DNA of 64,000 bases, filler included, from Stramenopiles sp. TOSAG23-6 (Eukaryota), in assembly GCA_900128565.1 (NCBI GenBank). It is 11 parts of 11 records of this genome, joined end to end, with 100 filler letters (N's around TTAATTAATTAA, not from the genome) between each part and the next. Parts side by side here need not be neighbours in the genome. Positions count along the whole stretch, not along the records: positions 55,014 to 61,768 come from LT636652.1; positions 61,869 to 62,887 come from LT639938.1; positions 62,988 to 64,000 come from LT639955.1; 8 more parts are not named here. One strand, written 5' to 3'. The position numbers were made by a program, and so were the translations under genes. Of this stretch, positions 56,086 to 64,000 are shown in pieces. Position 1 is the first letter of the stretch, and each line of letters begins with the position of its first letter. Below the pieces are notes generated by a model that saw only the letters and a program-made list of their open reading frames with translations, was not told where the DNA came from and did no database searches.

Positions 56086-59000
56086 ATGCCTAATCTTCGA
56101 GTGAGAACACCGCCATCAAGTAGAAGACCAAAGTGTGAGGGAGAACATGAGACAAAATACAATTCAGAAATGAAACTTGGGTATATAGATTCAGATGCAG
56201 CATTAGCCTTAAAGTTACAACGTGAGGAAATACGGACAAGTGGTGGCAATACAAAACGCTTATTTTCACGTAGACTTTCTTCTAAATCGCAAGACAACAA
56301 ACACAGTGGAGTTCGAAAAATTCTAATTAAATGCGGTAAACGTAAATCTTCACATGTCGAAGAAGGCAACGTATCTTATAAAAAGGCAAAGATTGTTAAA
56401 CTAAGGGTAAAACTTCCGAAATCTTCAACTGAAAAAACAAGCAAAAGTAACAAACAACGTGAAAAAGAAAAAAAAGCCAAACAGACTTTGAGGACTAAAA
56501 AAAAATCAAGTGACTTGAAGATAAAATCTAAATGGCGATGGGTTGGTCCTGCATATCATACATCCCTTTTAAGCAATTTATCGTCCGATGTTCTGCCCTC
56601 TATCGTTTCTTCCACGAAGAAATATTCGGAAAAAAGTAGCAATAGTATATTCAATGAAAAAGTAAATCACCCTACTGAAAAAGTAAATCACCCTACATTT
56701 GAAAAGACAGCGGGAGGGAAGTTTATAACTTTGACAGGAAAAAAGGCACCCAATCGTAAAAAGACGGGTGTTACATATTATAATACACTCCAACTTCCAG
56801 GTGGTGAGTATATCCGCCCTCTTGATCACGTTGAAGTTTCTTTCGAATCTGGTGAGAGTAATAAGAAGAAACATTACATTGCTCAAGTGGAAGCCATGTT
56901 TGTTTTATTTTTTTTTCGATTTCGAATTTTTTTTCGTACGAAATTTTGTACCTAACGAATTTTTTATTGAAATATTTTTTCATAATCCATGTGGGAAGAT
57001 CACAGTGGTTCAAAGATGTTCACGAAAGGACGTCGTTCAATTATTGGCCGTACAAAAGCATCGCGAAATACAAAATCATCGAGAAGTGGGAGTCGTGATG
57101 ACCGTTGTTTCGTCAGATTATTATGGTTGTTTTGGCCTGAAGAAACTGATGTTGTATGTTTTCAAAATTTAATTTTGAATTTCTTTTTATTTCATAGAAA
57201 ATTTCATACCTAACGAATTTCGAATTTGACATGTTTTTTTCACAATACTTGGTCGAAGTAAACGACATTTAGAACTTGAGGTATTGAGTTCGGATTGTCG
57301 TGACAATGTGTCTATTAGTTGTATAGTCCGTAAATGTAATATAAGCTATGAATACGACGATAATAGATTCAACAATCATACAGCAGTAGTACCAAAATAC
57401 CTTCAGCAATTAGAGTCGTCTATATTTGATGATATTAACACTAGAACTCGAAAACGGCGATCAAATAAAAATCGAAGTAGACGAAACCAATTAGTTGTTC
57501 GTTCGCATTATCATTTCAATACGGGAAAAGTTTCCGATTTACCTCCACAACCTCGTGGTGACTGTTGCATTGAAATAGAAACAGAAATTAATAATCTTCC
57601 GTTTGAAGATCCTAAAATACCTAATTCAAAAGATACTTTTAAAAAACCTACTCTTAGATGTGATTTATGTTGCGAAGATGTGACATATTTCCCACATGTA
57701 ATTTGCCAGGATCCTACATGTAGGTTTTCATCTTTCAAAAACAAATTGATAAATACTTTTATTTAATGAATTTTTCACCTAACAATATCAGTTTTGAAAT
57801 ACTTTCCAAAACACATGTTGTCAGGAAAATGTAAAACAATTAAAAAGAAGACTTTATGACTTAAATAAATTAGGAAAACGTGTTTTTGAAGATCAGTCTT
57901 GGTTAGAAATGAATAGCCCTGATTTAGCAAGCTCAGATGGTAGCGATTCTGAAAACAGTGACTATGAAAAAATTACCACCACGAGAAGTGGCAAGATACA
58001 TTTTACTGTAGTTCAATCTAGCAGTCGAAATCGATCATTAAGTTATTCTAGTATGAAAAGTGACAGTAGTTTTAGTTCGATTGCTCTCACCGAAGAAAAC
58101 AAAGACAATGACATTTGGTGGAGAAAAAAAACAGAAGATATGAATGAGTCCACATTTACATCTCAGCGTGTTGGTCGTGTCATTTGTGCTCAATGTATTC
58201 GGAAAGGTTGTGAAGATACGTGGCACAAAAGATCGCATAAGTATACCGTACCTAGACCTTCCATTTCTGTTGATTCTAAAAATTTACCCCAAATATTACA
58301 AAAAATATGTAAAGACCGAAATATACGTCTAAAATACAGATTACTCTCCATCAAACACCCTAGTGATTTCAGTAAACAAATGAAGACAGGTACTAGCGTT
58401 TGGGACCCAAAAATGAAACCCGAAATTTTATTTGGTGCGGAGTTGTCGTATGATACTCTTAGTCATACACAGGTTAAAATACTTTCTCAGAATTCTAGTA
58501 CAATTAGAGCAACCCGTAACTTTAGTAAGAAAAGACCAATTGATGCATCATTGTCGTCTCCTCCTAAAATTGTTCATCGGTATCGTTCAGTTCCAGCTCT
58601 GAAGTACAGTAATAGTTTACAAGATGCTCGTCAATCTCCATCTCTCTCGGCGTTATCAGCTATATTTGGAGCGTCTCATAATCTGCAACATGTAGTGCTT
58701 GCATTTGGATGGTGTGCATGGGAGGAGAAAAAACTACTTGACGGTATATTAAAACATAACTTTGCATGGGATTTAGTCGCATCGGTTGTGGGAACAAAAT
58801 CTGCATCAGCTTGTGAAAAACATTATTATGATGATATGCTTCCTCTTGCAGGATCTCATCCAGGCATGTGCGGTCCACGCCTTCCTAAAACAATTCGTGG
58901 GAAAAACCTTGTTGGCACTGTTGTTCGTGTTCCTCCTTCGAAACTTATCTCTGGATGGGAACAAGCTAGGGTTTTGAGTTATAACCCAAAAAGAAAGAAA

Positions 59001-59327
59001 CCACCTCATCCATATATGGTTCAAGTTCTATTTTCTGGATCTCGCAAATTCCGTGAACGTGGTATTGGTTTTCGTGAGTATTGGGATGACTCAGATTTTG
59101 ACGAATGTTTTGTTTGTGGGGAAATGCCAATAAATACAAAAAAACGAAAACGTGATGTAGTGATGAATGCTAAATCAATGTTGTCAGATGCTGATCGTGC
59201 TTTATTAGCCGATATAAAGTTAAATGGTCCCCCTCAAAGTCCATTGATCACCCCCATGAATGAACATATTCAACCACTAAAACTAAAGTTAAGACTCAGA
59301 TCTAGTAGTTCAAGTAGATCATCGTAA
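56086..59327 (+). CDS. Chromatin protein with BAH domain and SANT/Myb repeat (introns 56898-56990, 57154-57250, 57720-57816)
   Basis: YIAQVEAMWED, FWPEET..GR...H...EV..S...D..SISCI..KC; W...EEKKLLDGI..H...W..VA..VGTKS...C..HYY. Confidence 0.85.
56898..56990 (+). mobile_element. Introner-like GT-AT intron, 93 nt
   Basis: AT|GTTTGT...CATAATCCAT|G TGG gives EAMWED. Confidence 0.9.
57154..57250 (+). mobile_element. Introner-like GT-TT intron, 97 nt
   Basis: GTT|GTATGT...CACAATACTT|GGT CGA gives PEETDVGRSKRH. Confidence 0.85.
57720..57816 (+). mobile_element. Diverged introner-like GT-AT intron, 97 nt
   Basis: ACAT|GTAGGT...CACCTAAC...CAAAACACAT|GT, in frame with ORF 57909. Confidence 0.8.
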
Positions 59328-59358
59328 TAGTTATAAAGAAAAACTTGTTAATTTAATT

Positions 59359-61716
59359 TTATTTTTTGGTCTCTTGGTCTAATGCATCCAACAATTTATC
59401 TACATTATCAGTAGATGCAATGACTTCTTCATTGATCCCATCTGTATCTATTAAAGCATTTTTTTTTGCAATTTGCTTTTCTACCAACATTGAATAAATC
59501 CCCCCACGTGCTATTAATTCTTCATGAGATCCATATTCTACAATTTTACCTTTATCAACTACAGCAATTACATCTGCATTGATAACTGTAGATAGTCGAT
59601 GCGCGACAAGAACTACTGTTGATCCATTTGAATTATTTACTCCTTTGGCGATTAGTCTATCTATTGCATTCTGAACAAGACTTTCACTTTCAGCATCTAA
59701 TGCGGATGTTGCTTCATCTAATAGTAGAACTTTTGGTTTACGCAAAAACACTCGCGCTAATGCAATACGTTGTCTTTGTCCTCCACTAATTCGCAAGCCT
59801 CGCTCTCCGACCCTTGTGTTGTATCCATCTCTGAAATCTACGATGAAATCATGAGCACATGCATTCTTTGCAGCATTGACAATGTCTTCTTGAGTATATG
59901 AACCAGGGACTGCGCCATATACGATATTCTCGGCTATTGTTTTCGCAAATAATGACGTATCCTGTGCTACGGCGCCAATCAAAGATCTTAATTCACTCAC
60001 ACAAATATCTCGTAAATCCCGCCCATCAAATAAGATAGCTCCACCTCGAGGATCATAAAACCTCTGTATCATATTGACAATTGTGGATTTACCACCACCT
60101 GATCTACCGACAAAAGCTACAACTTTACCTGCTGGGATTTTGAAAGATATATCTTGAAGTACCTTTTGATCAGGTCGCATTTGGTAGTGAAAATTCACAT
60201 TCTTGAACTCAATTTCACCCTTTACTATCCAATTTATTGGTGCACCCTCTGAGGGATTTATATCAGGTAAAGAATCCATTAATGAAAATACTCTTTCAGC
60301 AGCTGCAGCAGAACGAGTGAAACCAGTTATAACACCTTGTAGTGCTTGATAGGCTGAATTCATATAGTTCCAATAAAGTTGAAATGCAATTAGATTTTTT
60401 ACTCGTACAATACCAAAGTCCTGGTCAGGATTCTCTTGATGTCTTATACAAAGTAATCCTCCAACGCTAAGAATAAGCATTCCAGTGCCTAAGTCTAGGT
60501 AGTTTGTAATTGCTGATGTCAGGGCGTACCCCCAGGCGTCGCGAATTCCTTGTTTAAGGGATTCTTCTGTGCTATTCATATATTCTTTTAATTCTTTTTT
60601 TTCATTTGAGAAACTTTTAACTATCCGTATATTACCCAAAGCTTGGGTGGCACATGAATTTGCTTCTGCAAGAGCAGAAAGCACAAGTCTATTTATCCGT
60701 TTTGACCAGTTTCCGTACAAGTCCCAAAGATAGAGTATGAAATGTAAAAAAATATATTTTTAGAAAAAAAAATGTTAGGTGCAAAATTTACTTGAAAAAA
60801 AAAAGAAAAAAAAAGTTGAAAACGTACATTGGTCCTACTGACGTAAATGCCAGCATACTTAATTGGTAACTCTCATAAAAACACATAACAATTCCACCAA
60901 TGAGCATAATGATATTGAATAGAAGTGTTGATAATGTACTTTGTATCGGACTCATCATCATTCCCACATCATTCGTAAGTCTAGACGTTAATCTTCCTGA
61001 AGTTGTGCCATCAAAATATGCAATATCCTGGATCAACAAACTCTTATATAGCTTGTTTCGTGCATGGAAGGCTATTTTGCGGCCTACCATAGTAAAAGCT
61101 AGTCCTTTAATGCCATTGAAAATACCAAGGAGAACCATAACAATTATATATGTCTTTACATGTTTGTTGAAGTCGTCTTTTGATGATTTTATAATATCTT
61201 GTACAATTAATCCTTGAGAATTAGGCAGAACGAGCGTTGCAATACTTGTACCAATCAAGAATAAGACAGCTAGCAACATCCAGCGCCATTCTGGGAGAGC
61301 TAGTTTAAACGCACGCTTCAGATATTCTTTATTTGTCATTGTGTTTTCATTTCGAGTACCACTGTCACTGCGTAACATATTTTCACCGACAACTGCTGCA
61401 TCTTTTCTACTTGCACATTTAACACAGATGTCAAAGTCACATAATTTACATCGCCATGCCTTTTGGATTCTAGTAGAACAAAGATCACACCAGTGACAAA
61501 TCGCATTTGAATCAAAAAAAACAGGATGAGGGTGGACATTGGGAAGTAATAGACCACGTTCTCTAGTTTCTTCTTCTACAAAAGCTCTTATTATCCATAC
61601 GGCTATATTTACCCAAAGTGCACTGATGCACATTGTCACAGCCTGCACAACTTTTGAACCTTTAATTGAGAAACGGAATTCAAGACATTTGATCCCAATA
61701 TATACCTGACAACCAC
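59359..61716 (-). CDS. ABCB half-transporter with an N-terminal Cys/His zinc finger (intron 60737-60827), 5'-truncated
   Basis: QDIAYFD...SGRLTSRL..D, GRSGGGKST, ISGGQRQRIALAR, LLLDEATSALD, VAHRLST. Confidence 0.93.
60737..60827 (-). mobile_element. Introner-like GT-AT intron, 91 nt
   Basis: AT|GTACGT...GCACCTAAC...TACATTTCAT|A gives VGPILYLWDLYG. Confidence 0.87.
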
Positions 61717-61768
61717 ATGTATTGTAAAAAAAATTAAATTCGAAATTTGTTAGGTACAAAATTTCGTA
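61717..61768 (-). mobile_element. Introner-like intron, 3' part
   Basis: TACGAAATTTTGTACCTAAC...TACAATACAT|GT. Confidence 0.8.
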
Positions 61769-61868
61769 NNNNNNNNNNNNNNNNNNNNNNNNNNNNNNNN
61801 NNNNNNNNNNNNTTAATTAATTAANNNNNNNNNNNNNNNNNNNNNNNNNNNNNNNNNNNNNNNNNNNN

Positions 61869-62132
61869 TGAATTCACTTTAGGAGTCTTAGATTTTTTAC
61901 CTGAAATTAATGCGTTTCTATACGTCATACTACTACTACCTAATTGATTCGCCTGATTATCATTCAATGGGTATCTACTTTTATTATTGCCTTGGGAATT
62001 GCGCGCATGCTTAATGTTTTCTTTATCTTCCTTCTCATCTTCTTTAATTCTTTCTTCGTTTCCTTTTGATTGGGAACCTGCTACGACATCTCTGAAAGAC
62101 CTTGAACTACCATATTGAGGAGCTGGTTTCAT
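61869..62132 (-). CDS. Hypothetical protein, 5' fragment
   Basis: Open frame running to the contig edge. Confidence 0.3.
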
Positions 62133-63307
62133 GATAAATACCTGTAGATTTGTTCTTTTACTATAATAACAACAGAAACTTACACCGTAACAAATAGTGT
62201 TTTTTTTTGATTTTTTTGACACGTGGATATATGGGAGCAGCTGCTCGAATCTATCAATCAGAGCCACACATAATATCTTTATATGATGCGTTGGAGGACT
62301 TGGAGATATTTCGGATATATTTCAAGTTGAGTATGATATCTGTATCATTCCAGCTGCAGCCATGCGGTAAAGCTTTTGTAAAGATGAACAATCAGAACGA
62401 AATGATGGTTTTTGGTTTGAAATCATTTCATTGATACGTTTCAACGTAGAAAAAACAGTGTTGTGCATTACTTTCTCTTACAATTGTTCTCGCCTGCATC
62501 AACACCTGTATAAGATAATGAATTACTTTGAAACACTATCGCAACAGAAGCTCTATCAGCTCATTCAAAGACACAGTGTGACCGACACTCCAGGTAGCAA
62601 ACGAATTTCGAGATCTATCGCGTTGCGCGGAAATCCAACCTGAGGGATATTTTGTGTACAACTATCTGTCTAGATACAAAGAGCGTAATACAAGTGAATG
62701 GTATTAGATCACAGGGATTATACAGTACACACTATTTATTGTATAATGCTAAAGGAATACCGACCATTGCGGAAAGTACAGTCAATAGATAAAATAAAAT
62801 AACGATTTCTCTATATCTTTTATTTCATATAAATAGTGTATTCAACCGTGTGAAACTACATGATATTACTCATTGGGATACTAGTGCNNNNNNNNNNNNN
62901 NNNNNNNNNNNNNNNNNNNNNNNNNNNNNNNTTAATTAATTAANNNNNNNNNNNNNNNNNNNNNNNNNNNNNNNNNNNNNNNNNNNNACTTCACATGGTA
63001 TTTTTTCGACATCCTTTTCCAAAATAGAATATAATATGAATTCAAATGCCGAGGAGCGACGCGAGATTTTCCAAAGTTGGATTCCGCGGCAAAAGAAGAT
63101 GATGTCGATGTTTGACCGCGACAAAAAAAAAATGAAAAAAAGAATTTAAATTCAATTTGAGATTTCGTGTCATTTTAAAATCTAAATTCTTAATTTCTTG
63201 GGATCGATCGTATCATCTAACAAGATAAGACCAAATATTGTATAAAATCTTTTAACATTTGAATAACTGTGAAATTGAAGAAAAACATATTTATTATAAA
63301 AACATTA

Positions 63308-64000
63308 CTACCGTTTTAACCGTCCTACAGCAGATTGAGGTCTTGAACCACCTCGAATTTTAGACTTTGCTGGGTGTGCAGAGTTCGGTCGATTTGTATT
63401 TGATCCTGTCTCACGACAGTATTTATCATTACTTTCTTCTTGGTTGTTTTTTTTCCTCAATACCTTTGCTGCTTTGGCACCACTACCTCGACTCCCAAGT
63501 TTTGGCAAGGCAGACATTGGTCGTTGAAGATTTTTAGATTCTTTCTTGGATGTTTTTTTGTCATTATATCTACCTCTTGGTATAGCTGTTGAAGGTCGCA
63601 TTCCTTTTTTCTTTGGAATATTTTTTGTAGAATCAATAAAAAGAGGTTCGAGAAAATTCCAAATAGATACTTGGGCAGCTCTAGGTGCGACTGAAATAAA
63701 TGTTTCTTTCCTGCTGAAGTCTGCATCCATCTCTTGTTTCAGACGAGTAGCTGCCAATGTATCCACATCATATTTTGCTTTTGCTGCGCGTAATGCTTCT
63801 CGAATACTTCTGCTACTTCCGCGAAAACCTCGAGCTGCACGAGGTTTAGATTTAGATAATGGTATGAGTCTTGAAATTGCATTATTTTTCATTTCATTTT
63901 GTTTTCTTTCTTTATTAGCTTTTTCAACAAGTTTTGCATCATCTTTATTTCCCGGCGCGCCCCTGCGTTTTACTTTATTCTTTTTTGTCTTTTTTGTTAT
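63308..64000 (-). CDS. Hypothetical basic protein with RPxSA repeats, 3' part
   Basis: RPSTA, RPMSA, RPNSA and RPQSA motifs. Confidence 0.5.
   Translation of the reverse strand: MTKKTKKNKVKRRGAPGNKDDAKLVEKANKERKQNEMKNNAISRLIPLSKSKPRAARGFRGSSRSIREALRAAKAKYDVDTLAATRLKQEMDADFSRKETFISVAPRAAQVSIWNFLEPLFIDSTKNIPKKKGMRPSTAIPRGRYNDKKTSKKESKNLQRPMSALPKLGSRGSGAKAAKVLRKKNNQEESNDKYCRETGSNTNRPNSAHPAKSKIRGGSRPQSAVGRLKR

Noticed and set aside
7553-60720. Alternative genetic code or stop-codon readthrough to explain broken ORFs
   Set aside because: TAA, TAG and TGA all end conserved proteins at expected positions; the breaks are explained by introns.
412-61768. Dispersed palindromic repeat as a CRISPR array or bacterial REP element
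   Set aside because: Copies are dispersed within eukaryotic exons, not regularly spaced with unique spacers, and no cas genes are present.

Overview
AT-rich, gene-dense eukaryotic DNA, probably from a heterotrophic flagellated protist (stramenopile-like; this is inference). It is not one locus: about 11 short contigs, mostly ~6.8 kb, are joined by an artificial N-TTAATTAATTAA-N spacer. Recognisable genes include REV7, NDUFV1, LSM11, LTN1, PRPS, NPRL2, midasin, actin, PRL phosphatase, ENO4-like, PP2C, CNOT10, prefoldin 2, a TBC/EF-hand protein, a BAH/SANT protein and an ABCB transporter. The main discovery is a repeated family of ~90-110 nt introns at 25 distinct loci (16 with both ends visible). 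They start GTAYGT, carry a palindrome (TACGAAATTTCGTA) next to a CCTAAC branch-point motif, and end in ...AATAYAT rather than AG. Of 22 visible 3' ends, 19 are AT, one TT, one CT and one AG. Removing GT..AT restores the reading frame at 15 of 16 complete loci and rebuilds conserved motifs. The AT-[GTAY...RTAC]-AT layout suggests an introner (intron-generating transposon) spliced by a spliceosome with a relaxed 3' splice site. Two unrelated introns also seem to lack a well-supported AG acceptor, while normal GT-AG introns coexist. The first ~6.1 kb is a giant palindrome, most likely an amplification or assembly artefact.
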